NCBI GenBank assembly: GCA_977020255.1
Contig: CDROCS010006375.1
Location: 1-64,000 of the forward strand
Direction of reading: 5' to 3'
From: Obrimoposthia wandeli
Taxonomy: Eukaryota
Length of the DNA stretch: 64,000 nucleotides
Made by a program: the position numbers and the translations under genes. The first letter of the stretch is position 1; the number at the start of each line of letters is the position of its first letter. The notes under the pieces are model-generated. The model did no database searches. It had not been told where the DNA came from and saw nothing but the letters and a program-made list of their open reading frames with translations. Positions 19,748 through 29,304 of this stretch are shown here, in pieces.

Positions 19748-21043
19748 TCAATCATTTGTACGATCAAGGTTAGGCAGTACCGCAGCGCCATCCAAAGTTT
19801 TCAAAAAAGCTTCAAGCTGTTCTAATTGACGTGAAGCCAAAGGTAAAGGTTCTATGTCTAAATGCTGTGCGTTTACCCCATTGTTCTGCACTTTAGCTTC
19901 ATCACTATATTGCGACACCGCCCGAGTGTAAAAATGCAGTACGTCGCCAAGAGTTGGTAAACTTCCGTTATGCATATAAGGTGCTGTTTGTGCGACATTA
20001 CGCAAAGTCGGAACTTTAAAGGCAAACGTGAGTTCAGCACTATCGCGCTTGGCAAAGCTTAACTCAGCACAATCAACATTGGGATCCTTGACATCAGAGA
20101 AGGATGAGCGGCAGTTAAATGCGCTATTGAGCGCTAGCTCAATACCACTTTGTCGACCTAACCCCAACGGCTCATTACTATCTTTAATGCCTGTCACTTG
20201 GAAGTCACCATTGCTAAACAATGCGCCATTGTGACAGCGCATACATTGGCCTCGCTGATCATCGATGAATAGCTTCAGTCCTTGCTGTTCATCACGATTC
20301 AACTTCTCAGAGCGCCCCTCACTGAGAAGTTCACGAGCAAAGCGATCAAAGCGCGAATCGACCGGAAACAATAGCGATTGGTAAGCCGCTAAGCTTTTCC
20401 CCATATTTGCGAAAACACGATTAACCTGGTTTTGCTGTTGCGTACTCAGTAACTCCCAATTTTCTTGCCACTTTGGATTATTTCCTGCAGGTGTTGCGTG
20501 CTTAGGTAATCCTTCGAATGAGGGTAACTCTGCAAAGATTTCACGATAGCGCTGACCATAGAAAGTAACCATCAACTTAGCCAGCTGCACTCTGTTAGCA
20601 CCGTGCTCCGCGGGGTCTTCCATGGGTCCCAGTGCTTGCGCCCACAAGCTATCGGCCCTGCCATCCCAAAATTGCCAAGGTTGCCAAGCAGCGCCCAACA
20701 GTGCTGGAGAATGGCGCTTGGTGGGCGCTATACCAAAAGAAAGTGGCTGCGGGTCGGCAAAACCGCTGCTGGGAAAATGACAGCTGGCACAAGAGACTTG
20801 GCCATTGCCACTCAAGCGTTTATCAAAAAACAGAGCCTCTCCCAACGCCGCGGCCTCGGGGTCATCCCAGTACTTGTTACCCGTGCTTACTACCCATTGT
20901 TTTAATTGGTCGCGCGGGGGTAACACTAAACTATTAATACGTGCCAGTTCTTGTTCAGACCAGCTCAAGGACGCTTGACGCTGAAACACACCCGCCCAAG
21001 CAAGTAGCCCAAGCACAGCGGCACACAGCACTAGTCTCCACAT
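19748..21043 (-). CDS. Periplasmic di-heme cytochrome c peroxidase superfamily protein (MauG/BthA/MbnH type)
   Basis: Two CxxCH motifs (CASCH, CMRCH), QFWDGRA, FKVPTLRNV..TAPYMHNG...VLHFY; N-terminal membrane/signal segment. Confidence 0.88.
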   Translation of the reverse strand: MWRLVLCAAVLGLLAWAGVFQRQASLSWSEQELARINSLVLPPRDQLKQWVVSTGNKYWDDPEAAALGEALFFDKRLSGNGQVSCASCHFPSSGFADPQPLSFGIAPTKRHSPALLGAAWQPWQFWDGRADSLWAQALGPMEDPAEHGANRVQLAKLMVTFYGQRYREIFAELPSFEGLPKHATPAGNNPKWQENWELLSTQQQNQVNRVFANMGKSLAAYQSLLFPVDSRFDRFARELLSEGRSEKLNRDEQQGLKLFIDDQRGQCMRCHNGALFSNGDFQVTGIKDSNEPLGLGRQSGIELALNSAFNCRSSFSDVKDPNVDCAELSFAKRDSAELTFAFKVPTLRNVAQTAPYMHNGSLPTLGDVLHFYTRAVSQYSDEAKVQNNGVNAQHLDIEPLPLASRQLEQLEAFLKTLDGAAVLPNLDRTND

Positions 21044-21478
21044 TTAAGGCTGTAACTCGAAAGCAACTACTAGCGGTTCTGACATATCAGGGATTTGTAC
21101 ACTGACTGTCCAATCGCCCCACATCTGAAACTTTAGCCCCTGAATATCAAAAAGTATCTGCTGGCGGTTGTTCTGCGTTAAGTTCATTGCAATGGGCTGT
21201 GTCGGCAATCCATGACCATGGGCAGGCATGCCGCCAGAAATACGCACTTGGCTCGCCTTGATCGCGGTTAAATCTGCCTGATTAGACAGTGCTGTTAATT
21301 GTGCTTGCCACTGGTAAATGTGATTTAACTGCGGCGTTTGCTTAGCGCGTAACGTCAATTGGTAATCAGCTGTCGCTACGCTGTAAGAAGCCTCTTCGGC
21401 GTAAACAACCCGATAAGGCTGTAATAAAGCCACTAAGGTAATAGCGATGAAGGCCGTGCGTAATAAGAATTTTTTCAT
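21044..21478 (-). CDS. Secreted YtkA/FixH-like protein
   Basis: Signal peptide (MKKFLL...VYA), GGMPAHGHGLPT and FQMWGDW; abuts the peroxidase start. Confidence 0.7.
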   Translation of the reverse strand: MKKFLLRTAFIAITLVALLQPYRVVYAEEASYSVATADYQLTLRAKQTPQLNHIYQWQAQLTALSNQADLTAIKASQVRISGGMPAHGHGLPTQPIAMNLTQNNRQQILFDIQGLKFQMWGDWTVSVQIPDMSEPLVVAFELQP

Positions 21479-21618
21479 TTTTTCTCTCTGTAATAGATCG
21501 AGATAAATGTGCAGATCACAGGGCATGATACAAATATTCCCCCAAGGCCTAATAGGTCCTTAAAGCAAAAACCACTGCCAGAAGATACGTACTATGCCCT
21601 GCTTATTTCGATCTTAGT

Positions 21619-22359
21619 TTAAGCTTGCAGACGGATAAAGCGCTGTACGGCAAAACCGCATAAACTACCCAATAGAATGAAAAATAACGCCATCCCGATA
21701 CTCGTCATCAAAAAGAATTGACTGGTCAATTGAGTAAGGGCAACCACTGCCGCTGGCTCCGTATTGGCAAAACCATGACTTTCAGGGAGGGGAGCGCCCA
21801 CAATATGCGGCAAAGCAACAAAAAGTACACCGACAAATTTGTATTTAGTCTCTAGGTAATACAGGCCTGCAAGACCCAGCACACTTGAGGCAGCACAGAA
21901 CATCCACCACTGTTGCCGGTTGATCAGTTCGGCGGCCACTGTACCTGGGACTTCTGGATGTAGACCGAATAGAGCGGGAGCAATAAAAAGCGCTAATAGT
22001 GCCGCAACGCCCCAAAGAGCACCAGAGCGAATGGATATAGGCGGCTTATTCGCTTTCAAATTATGCAGAGCCATCATCGAAATCATCACGAGTGAATAGG
22101 CAATTGCAATAGCGATGTTAGCGCTGACAGTGGCAAAAATTCTCGGAGTACCGTCTTCAGGCGACCAAGGCTGTTCGTCAGATTCCGCTGCTTGAGACAC
22201 ACTCTCTCCATGGGAGTGTGATACTGGCGAATCCAGAACTTCGTAAGTTTCAGCACCGTAGATTATTGGGCTGATTTGGGTTTGTTGAAAAAGGCCGTAT
22301 AACAAGCCGGTGATTATCCCGACAGCGATTGATGCCAGTAGAATATTTCTTAATACCAC
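21619..22359 (-). CDS. cbtA: Cobalt transporter subunit CbtA
   Basis: PIIYGAETYE, His motif HSHGE, W.P.DG..R, GLHPEVPG, RQQWW, ALPHIVGAP. Confidence 0.88.
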   Translation of the reverse strand: MVLRNILLASIAVGIITGLLYGLFQQTQISPIIYGAETYEVLDSPVSHSHGESVSQAAESDEQPWSPEDGTPRIFATVSANIAIAIAYSLVMISMMALHNLKANKPPISIRSGALWGVAALLALFIAPALFGLHPEVPGTVAAELINRQQWWMFCAASSVLGLAGLYYLETKYKFVGVLFVALPHIVGAPLPESHGFANTEPAAVVALTQLTSQFFLMTSIGMALFFILLGSLCGFAVQRFIRLQA

Positions 22360-22639
22360 GTTTGTATCTCCCAGTGATAGGACACAGATAGACAGCTAAT
22401 GCAGTCGTTTAACTGTCTTTTAATAACTTAGTGCGAGAGATTGTGAACGATAGCGTGCGATCATATGGCGCTAGCAATAGCTTGGATGTCCGTATTGTAC
22501 CCCTCATTCCAGAGAAAGGCCTATACGGATGCTGCCATTACCCAGGCTTTATGCTGACCTTATTGTCGCTCGCTACTATTCCTGCACCCCACGACTAGCG
22601 ATGAGTCGTAAACGAGACAGCGCTAGTGGCTTTTACGCT

Positions 22640-22822
22640 CTAATGACAGGGGAAAGCAAAGGCATGTCGCGCATCATGTGCCGCGTTATGCATCGCATCC
22701 ATCGGCGCAAAGCCGACAACCAAGAATAGCGCTATTCCAAAAGTAATAGCTGCGCCTAACTGTACAGCAGTTGATAGCGGTAGTATTTGTAGCCCACTTG
22801 AGGCCGTTATTTGTTTTTGCAT
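22640..22822 (-). CDS. cbtB: Cobalt transporter subunit CbtB
   Basis: One TM plus C-terminal HNAAHDARHAFAFPCH; start probably ATG 22822 (GTG 22843 is an alternative). Confidence 0.9.
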   Translation of the reverse strand: MQKQITASSGLQILPLSTAVQLGAAITFGIALFLVVGFAPMDAMHNAAHDARHAFAFPCH

Positions 22823-22869
22823 TGTAAGCTCCGTTACACTCACCCGTGTAATTGATAATTAGAAGGACT

Positions 22870-22990
22870 CATCAGGCTGGTTCCGGGCTACCGACTAATT
22901 GACTTAGTAGAATACCGTTGCGGGGGCAGCGAAGGTGGCGCATGGTCACTGCGCTTCATACTTCCCATTTACTTTTAAGAATCTCCGATT
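22870..22990 (-). ncRNA. Cobalamin riboswitch (short form)
   Basis: Minus strand reads AATGGGAAG...CTGCCCCCGCAACGGT...AGCCCGGAACCAGCCT directly upstream of cbtB. Confidence 0.9.
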
Positions 22991-23416
22991 AAGTCACACA
23001 TCTAACTGTGGATAACTAAGCGTACAACGGCGCGAAGGATATAACGCGTAGTGGCTAGCTTGTCTCTCTTTCTGATAAAAGAGAGAGTGCTTAGATATCT
23101 ATCCTAGGCTACGAAGAAAAACTTGGACTCAGCGTTAACGGTTTAGTCAGACAGCTTATATGTCTGCCATTGCGGCCATGTTTGCGAGTCCCTCTTTGCG
23201 CCAAGGTGTGTGCCTTATTCAGAGGTTCCATCTAACACCTCAAGAGTGGGCGCAACCTTATCACAAAGGCCCTCTACTCGCCTCCTATGTTTCTCACTCT
23301 CAGCTGAAAAGCATTCATGCACGACCCACTGGCACCAACGGTTTCGCCAATGAGTACCTTGACAAAAATGGGGCAAAAGTATCTTATCTTGCAACCGCCT
23401 ATGTGAGAAATACTCT

Positions 23417-24895
23417 ATGCTCAGCTTTCTTTCAAAATTATCCACTGATAGCGAATTCAGTCTGCAAAAGCAGCTGCGCTCACAGCTGACGGCGGCGATA
23501 ATCGAAGGGCATATACCCTGCGCAACACCACTGCCCTCTACCCGAAAGCTAGCTCAGCAACTAGGTGTGTCGCGCAATACTGTCATCCACACTTATCAGC
23601 AGTTAATCGATGATGGTTATCTGGTTTCTCGACAGCGCGCCGGCTACTACATCAATCAGGAGATGGTGCGTGATAGCATTCGCAACAACAGCTCACCTGC
23701 GTGCGAGCGCAGCGCCCAACTGCCTGTCTGGTCTGATTTCCTCAGACGCCAACCGAGCAGCGAAAAACTCAATAAACTGCACAACTGGCAATCTTATCCC
23801 TATCCTTTTATCTACGGCCAACTAGACCCTGCTCTATTTCCCACTAATCACTGGCGTGAATGCTGCCGTGATTCGGTAACGGTACAATCTATTAAAGAGT
23901 GGACGGGGGATAGATACGATGACGATGACGCCTTGCTTATTGAGCAAATCCGCTCGCGTATCTTGCCCCGGCGTGGCGTGTGGGCGGAAACAGATGAAAT
24001 TCTTATCACAGTAGGCTCTCAGCATGGTCTATACATGACGTCACAGCTGCTACTCGATGCTACGACAACCTTTGGCATCGAAGACCCAGGCTACCCAGAC
24101 GCCGCACGGATAGCGCGCCAAACGGATACTAAAATTCGTCCGCTGGACGTCGATGATGATGGTCTGATTGTCGACGAACAGTTAATAGGCTGTAATGTCA
24201 TATTCACTACCCCCAGCCATCAGTTCCCCACCACAGTTACTCTTCCGCTAAGCAGACGCCGTGCTTTACTTGATCAGGCGCGACGAGATAATTTCCTGAT
24301 CATTGAAGATGACTACGAAAGTGAGACCAGCTTTGCCGTTAAACCGACTCCCGCACTGAAGAGCCTAGATCGCGACCAACGGGTCATCTATCTAGGCAGT
24401 TTGTCGAAAACCCTCTCCCCTGGCTTGCGTTTGGGTTACATGGTGGCGAACAGAGAGCTGATTGCCGAACTGCGCGAGTTTCGCCGTATGATGTTGCGCC
24501 ACCCTCCGATGAACAACCAGCGGGCGGTCGGTTTATTTTTGGCTCGTGGTTATCACGACTCACTGATTAACAATTTAGTGAATATCTACAGAGAGCGCTG
24601 GCAAGAAGTCGCGCAAGCGCTAAAAGCTCACATGCCAAATGCCGCTAAACCACCCGCCTTTGGCGGCTCTGCGTACTGGGTAAAAGGCGGGCCCGATTTG
24701 GACGCCCGCGAACTCAAGCGCCTGGCACTTGTGCAGGGGGTAATTATTGAATCGGGTGATATTTATTTTTATCACCAAGACTGCCCGCTAAACTTCTTTC
24801 GCATCGGCTATTCCTCGATTGCCACAGAGCGGATCAAACCGGGGATTGATCGGTTGGCAAAAGCGATTGAGCAATTAGGGGGCGGCAGGAATTAA
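23417..24895 (+). CDS. MocR/GabR-family PLP-dependent regulator, TauR-like
   Basis: LPSTRKLA..LGVSRNTV HTH, YPYPFIYGQ, TPSHQFPT, IIEDDY, SKTLSPGLRLGY. Confidence 0.88.
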   Translation: MLSFLSKLSTDSEFSLQKQLRSQLTAAIIEGHIPCATPLPSTRKLAQQLGVSRNTVIHTYQQLIDDGYLVSRQRAGYYINQEMVRDSIRNNSSPACERSAQLPVWSDFLRRQPSSEKLNKLHNWQSYPYPFIYGQLDPALFPTNHWRECCRDSVTVQSIKEWTGDRYDDDDALLIEQIRSRILPRRGVWAETDEILITVGSQHGLYMTSQLLLDATTTFGIEDPGYPDAARIARQTDTKIRPLDVDDDGLIVDEQLIGCNVIFTTPSHQFPTTVTLPLSRRRALLDQARRDNFLIIEDDYESETSFAVKPTPALKSLDRDQRVIYLGSLSKTLSPGLRLGYMVANRELIAELREFRRMMLRHPPMNNQRAVGLFLARGYHDSLINNLVNIYRERWQEVAQALKAHMPNAAKPPAFGGSAYWVKGGPDLDARELKRLALVQGVIIESGDIYFYHQDCPLNFFRIGYSSIATERIKPGIDRLAKAIEQLGGGRN

Positions 24896-25086
24896 TATGC
24901 CTGTTGTATGACCTCGATATAGGAGCCCTCCTACACTTTATCCGGCATTTTTAAAGTTTCTCTAACAATGCATGTTTAACCTATGTTCTGGCGATATTCA
25001 CGCCAAATAACACTCAGCTAATCACTGCTATTTACAGTCACTGTCCTCCCACTAAAAGCCTCACTCAACAGCACTTTGCCAACAAG

Positions 25087-25118
25087 GTGGATCTAAAAGC
25101 CGAATACGTTGGGTCTAT
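25087..25118 (+). promoter_or_regulatory. TauR-type direct repeats GTGGATCTAA / TTGGGTCTAT
   Basis: Two imperfect repeats 22 bp apart upstream of the dehydrogenase; they resemble the R. capsulatus TauR site CTGGACYTAA. Confidence 0.5.
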
Positions 25119-25194
25119 AAAGAAAAACCGCCACTGCCTATAGTGCAAAAAAGAGCCAACAAGCTCCTAACCCCATAGGCAGAGGACAGCGCTG

Positions 25195-26727
25195 ATGCGT
25201 ACCGAATCAATTAAAATCAGAAACCACATCAATGGCGTTTGGCTCGATGAGAGCAACGGTGAATACGCCCCGTTGCACAACCCCTCGACAGGAGCCGTCA
25301 TAGGTGAGGTTCCGCTTTCCTCAACTGAAACTTCTCGCCAAGCGGTTGCCGCTGCAGCAGAGGCTTACCCTGCATGGCGTGCCCTACCACTGCCCAAGCG
25401 AATGAACTACATCTTTAAACTGCATCAAGCGATGCAAGACAACTTGGAAATGCTGGCTGTGGCCATCGCTACTGATCAGGCAAAACATATCGCCGAAGCA
25501 CGTGGTGAAGTGGGTAGAGTCATTGAAATTGTTCAGATGGCTTGCAGCATCCCCACGATGCTACAAGGCGAAACAGTGCAAGGCATCGCCAACAACATCA
25601 ACGGTCGATTGATCAAAGCGCCTCTGGGTGTTTTTTGTGGTGTTGCACCTTTCAACTTCCCAGCGTTAGTATTTGGCTGGTTTATTCCCTTCGCCATTGG
25701 TAGCGGCAATACGTTTGTCTACAAGCCATCGACAGAGTCACCGCTGTTCATGCAAAAAATGATGCAGCTACTGGTAGATATAGGCTTACCAAACGGCGTC
25801 GTCAATATCGTCCACGGCGATCGTGAAACGGTAGAAGCGTGGTACGACGACGACAATGTCGCAGGTGTTTGCCTAGTCGGTTCAACGCCAACCGCTAAAG
25901 CGATTGCTGAAGGCTGTGGTCGCAACGGCAAGAAAACCATGCTTTTAGGCGGCGCAAAAAACTTCTGTGTTGCCATGGAAGACGCACCGATGGACCTGCT
26001 GATAGAAAACGTGTTGATGTCAGGCTACGGCTCTGCGGGCCAGCGCTGCTTAGCGGTTTCCAACATCGCGGTGGTACCAGAAATTTACGACGAATTCGTT
26101 GAGAAGCTGCTTGAAGCATCGAAAAACATCACCCTAGGTGATGCAATGGACCCAGATGTCTTTATGGGTCCCGTTATATCTGCCAGCGCTCGCGCTCGCA
26201 TTCACAAATACATTGATTTGGGGATAGAAGCCGGCGCCACTCTTGCCTTAGATGGGCGCAATCCAACCGTAGCGGCAGAAAACAGTGATGGATACTTTGT
26301 TGGCCCCACTATCTTCACGGACGTCACCCCTTGTATGCCTATTGCCAGCGATGAGATCTTTGGCCCCGTACTAAGCGTAATGAAAGTAGGCTGCATCGAC
26401 GGTGCATTACGCATGATCAAAAACCACGACATGGGCAACGGTGCAGTGATCTTCACCCAAAACAGTTATTACACTGAGAAGTTCATCAATGAAGCAGATG
26501 TCGGCATGGTTGGCGTTAACGTCGGTGTTTGTGCTCCACATCCTTACCTTCCCTTCGGCGGAATTAAAGGCTCACTGATTGGCAATAACAAAGTACAGGG
26601 AAAGGATGCGATCGATTTCTTTACACAGAGTAAAGTAGCCACTGTGCGCACGGTCGATCCAAAAGCAAACGCTGTAGCAGCTCCTGCGGCTACAGATAGC
26701 GGTGTTCGCAGCTGTGTAGCTGGCTAA
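25195..26727 (+). CDS. mmsA: CoA-acylating (methyl)malonate-semialdehyde dehydrogenase-like ALDH
   Basis: PFNFP, GGAKN, AGQRCL, EIFGPV, VGVNVG, FGGIKGS. Confidence 0.75.
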   Translation: MRTESIKIRNHINGVWLDESNGEYAPLHNPSTGAVIGEVPLSSTETSRQAVAAAAEAYPAWRALPLPKRMNYIFKLHQAMQDNLEMLAVAIATDQAKHIAEARGEVGRVIEIVQMACSIPTMLQGETVQGIANNINGRLIKAPLGVFCGVAPFNFPALVFGWFIPFAIGSGNTFVYKPSTESPLFMQKMMQLLVDIGLPNGVVNIVHGDRETVEAWYDDDNVAGVCLVGSTPTAKAIAEGCGRNGKKTMLLGGAKNFCVAMEDAPMDLLIENVLMSGYGSAGQRCLAVSNIAVVPEIYDEFVEKLLEASKNITLGDAMDPDVFMGPVISASARARIHKYIDLGIEAGATLALDGRNPTVAAENSDGYFVGPTIFTDVTPCMPIASDEIFGPVLSVMKVGCIDGALRMIKNHDMGNGAVIFTQNSYYTEKFINEADVGMVGVNVGVCAPHPYLPFGGIKGSLIGNNKVQGKDAIDFFTQSKVATVRTVDPKANAVAAPAATDSGVRSCVAG

Positions 26728-26818
26728 CATAAGGCACTTCAACTCGCTTTAATGAGATGAAGTGCTACCCTTACATATAAAACTGACTCATAACAATAAA
26801 TAACAGCGGTTATCTTCC

Positions 26819-27913
26819 ATGACATCAAATAACAGTTATGTCCAATTTAAGAATGTTAAAAAAAGCTATGACCAAAAAATACTGGTTGTTAAAGATTTTA
26901 ATCTCGACATTAAAAAAGGTGAATTTGTTACTCTGCTAGGTCCATCTGGATCAGGTAAGACAACCTGCCTGATGATGCTGGCGGGCTTTGAAAGCGTCAC
27001 CAGTGGCGAGATTGTGATCAATGGCGAGCCGGTCAATAATATTGCCCCCTACCATCGAAACATCGGCATGGTCTTTCAACACTATGCACTATTCCCCCAT
27101 ATGACCATTGCAGAGAACCTCGCGTATCCGCTGCAGGTCAGAAAGATGCCCAGCCACGAAATCGACAAAAAAGTCGCCGACTCTCTGGCATTAGTAGAAT
27201 TAAACCATTTCGGCAAGCGCTACCCCGCTCAGCTATCTGGCGGTCAGAAACAGCGTGTTGCTCTGGCCCGTTCGCTTATTTTCGAGCCCAGCATTGTTTT
27301 AATGGATGAGCCCCTAGGCGCACTGGATAAAAACTTACGCGAACAGATGCAGTTTGAAATAAAGCGCTTGCACGATGACCTAGGTTTCACCGCGGTATAT
27401 GTCACCCACGATCAAACTGAAGCGCTAACGATGTCAGATCGCATTGCCGTTTTTGAGGACGGCGTAGTACAGCAATGCGCCACGCCTATCGAGCTATATG
27501 AAAAACCAAGTAACTCTTTTGTCGCCGATTTTATTGGCGAGAACAATAGAATCAAAGGGCATATTACTGCTATAGACGGTGACTTGGCAGTAGTGACACT
27601 GACCTCCGGTACTGTTGCTAACGCTTACGTGAGCCCAGGGCTTAACGTCGGCGATGCCTGTGTATTAGCGATTCGTCCAGAAAACTTATTCATTGCCAAC
27701 CCCACGCGCCAATTGGCGAATAGCATTGAAGCGAGTTTCGTTACCCGCCTCTATGTCGGTGACTCTATCCGTTACTTCTTCAAGCTACCCGACGGTGATG
27801 ACCTCATGATCAAAGCATTGAATGACCAAGACGCCCCGCTTTTTGACGAGGGGGCCAAGGTCTCTCTGACATGGGCCGTGGATAAAGGTCTCGCACTAGA
27901 TTCAACACCCTAA
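26819..27913 (+). CDS. ABC transporter ATP-binding protein, PotA/polyamine family
   Basis: GPSGSGKT, LSGGQKQRVALARS, LMDEP, YVTHDQ, TOBE tail. Confidence 0.9.
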   Translation: MTSNNSYVQFKNVKKSYDQKILVVKDFNLDIKKGEFVTLLGPSGSGKTTCLMMLAGFESVTSGEIVINGEPVNNIAPYHRNIGMVFQHYALFPHMTIAENLAYPLQVRKMPSHEIDKKVADSLALVELNHFGKRYPAQLSGGQKQRVALARSLIFEPSIVLMDEPLGALDKNLREQMQFEIKRLHDDLGFTAVYVTHDQTEALTMSDRIAVFEDGVVQQCATPIELYEKPSNSFVADFIGENNRIKGHITAIDGDLAVVTLTSGTVANAYVSPGLNVGDACVLAIRPENLFIANPTRQLANSIEASFVTRLYVGDSIRYFFKLPDGDDLMIKALNDQDAPLFDEGAKVSLTWAVDKGLALDSTP

Positions 27914-27979
27914 AACAATCAAAACCTTGCAATAAACCAGACTAAGCACGTTCCTAACAAAAAAAACAGAGGAATTACG

Positions 27980-29038
27980 ATGAGAAAATTATCACACTTA
28001 GCCGCAGCGATTGCCCTCAGTGCGGCTTGCGCCAGTACTGCGATGGCAGAGCAAATGACAGCGGTGTCTTTCGGAGGCTCTTACGGTGCTGCGCAACAAA
28101 AGCACATGATAGATCCTTTCACCGCCAAAACGGGTCACAAGATTCTTTTTGAAAACTACTCGGGCGGTATCGCCGAAATCAAAGCGCAGGTAGAAAGTGG
28201 CAATATCCTATGGGATGTCGTTGATATCGAAGTGATCGATTTAGAGCGCGCCTGTTCTGAAGGTTTATTAGAAGTCTTTCCCCACGACACCTTGCCAGCT
28301 GGTGATGACGGTGTGGCGGCTGCAGATGACTTTGCTGTAGAAGCACTTGCTAATGAATGTGGTGTCGGCAACATCGTCTGGACGATTCTATTCGCCTACA
28401 ACAATGACACTATCAAAGGGGGCAAGCCTACTAAAATAGAAGACCTCTTCGATATTGCTACCTTCCCAGGCAAACGCGCCTTGCGCAAGCGCCCACAGGT
28501 CAATTTAGAATGGGCTCTGCTGGCTGATGGTGTGGAGCCAAGTGAGCTCTACGATGTACTAAGTACCGATGAAGGACAGCAGCGCGCCTTTACCAAGCTT
28601 TCATCAATCAAAGATGACATCGTATGGTTTGATAGCTGGTCTCAGGCACCACAACTGTTAAACGATGGCGGTGCGGTGATGGCTCAGTCGGCAAATGGTC
28701 GAATTTTCTCAGCGATTCAAGAAGACAAAAAACCGTTTGAAATGGTTTGGGACTCTCATGTATACGACTTAGATGTTTGGGCTATTGTTAAAGGCAGTAA
28801 GAAAAAAGCACTCGCAGAAGACTTCATCCGCTTCGCTACTAGCTCTAAGCCAGAAGCTGGAATGCAAGATGTTGCCTACGGACCAACGCGTGAGTCCTCT
28901 TACGCCTACGTCGATGAAGCGGTGTTATCAAAACTACCCTCTGCTCATTTAAGCGAAGGCGTTCAAGCGTCCGGGATTTTTTGGGCGGATTACGGCGAGT
29001 CGCTAGGTGAAAAGTTCAATGAGTGGCTATTGAAGTAA
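27980..29038 (+). CDS. ABC substrate-binding protein, PotD/PotF-like
   Basis: Signal peptide, SFGGSYG, WDVVD, FPGKRALRK. Confidence 0.88.
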   Translation: MRKLSHLAAAIALSAACASTAMAEQMTAVSFGGSYGAAQQKHMIDPFTAKTGHKILFENYSGGIAEIKAQVESGNILWDVVDIEVIDLERACSEGLLEVFPHDTLPAGDDGVAAADDFAVEALANECGVGNIVWTILFAYNNDTIKGGKPTKIEDLFDIATFPGKRALRKRPQVNLEWALLADGVEPSELYDVLSTDEGQQRAFTKLSSIKDDIVWFDSWSQAPQLLNDGGAVMAQSANGRIFSAIQEDKKPFEMVWDSHVYDLDVWAIVKGSKKKALAEDFIRFATSSKPEAGMQDVAYGPTRESSYAYVDEAVLSKLPSAHLSEGVQASGIFWADYGESLGEKFNEWLLK

Positions 29039-29050
29039 AACGTTAACTGG

Positions 29051-29141
29051 GCGCCCTTCAGGTGAGCAATGTACGAGAAAAAACAGAGACTTAATGACAT
29101 TCTGTCTTTTCAGTACTCGTAGTGCGATACCTGACAGGCGC
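29051..29141 (+). other. Long imperfect hairpin after the SBP gene
   Basis: Nested complements GCGCC/GGCGC, TCAGGT/ACCTGA, TACGAG/CTCGTA, ACAGA/TCTGT. Confidence 0.6.
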
Positions 29142-29304
29142 TTTGATCTCTGCGTTTAAATAACGCGATGATCAACTAATTTAGATCTAAGAAGTTATCG
29201 CAAAGCGCCCTCACATAGCTATGACGGCACGCTGCGACGGTCTTCAAAATAATACTAAGGCAGCTGATTACCCGTAGCTTCCCGTATTTTGTAAAGGTAG
29301 GTTC

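Noticed and set aside
22529-22590. TPP-riboswitch resemblance (GGGGTGC...CTGGGTAATGGCAGC on the minus strand)
   Set aside because: The essential CTGAGA and AACCTGA elements are absent and the context is not thiamine-related.
23160-23489. 109-aa ORF upstream of the TauR-like gene
   Set aside because: No motif, no RBS, and it overlaps the regulator out of frame; probably spurious.
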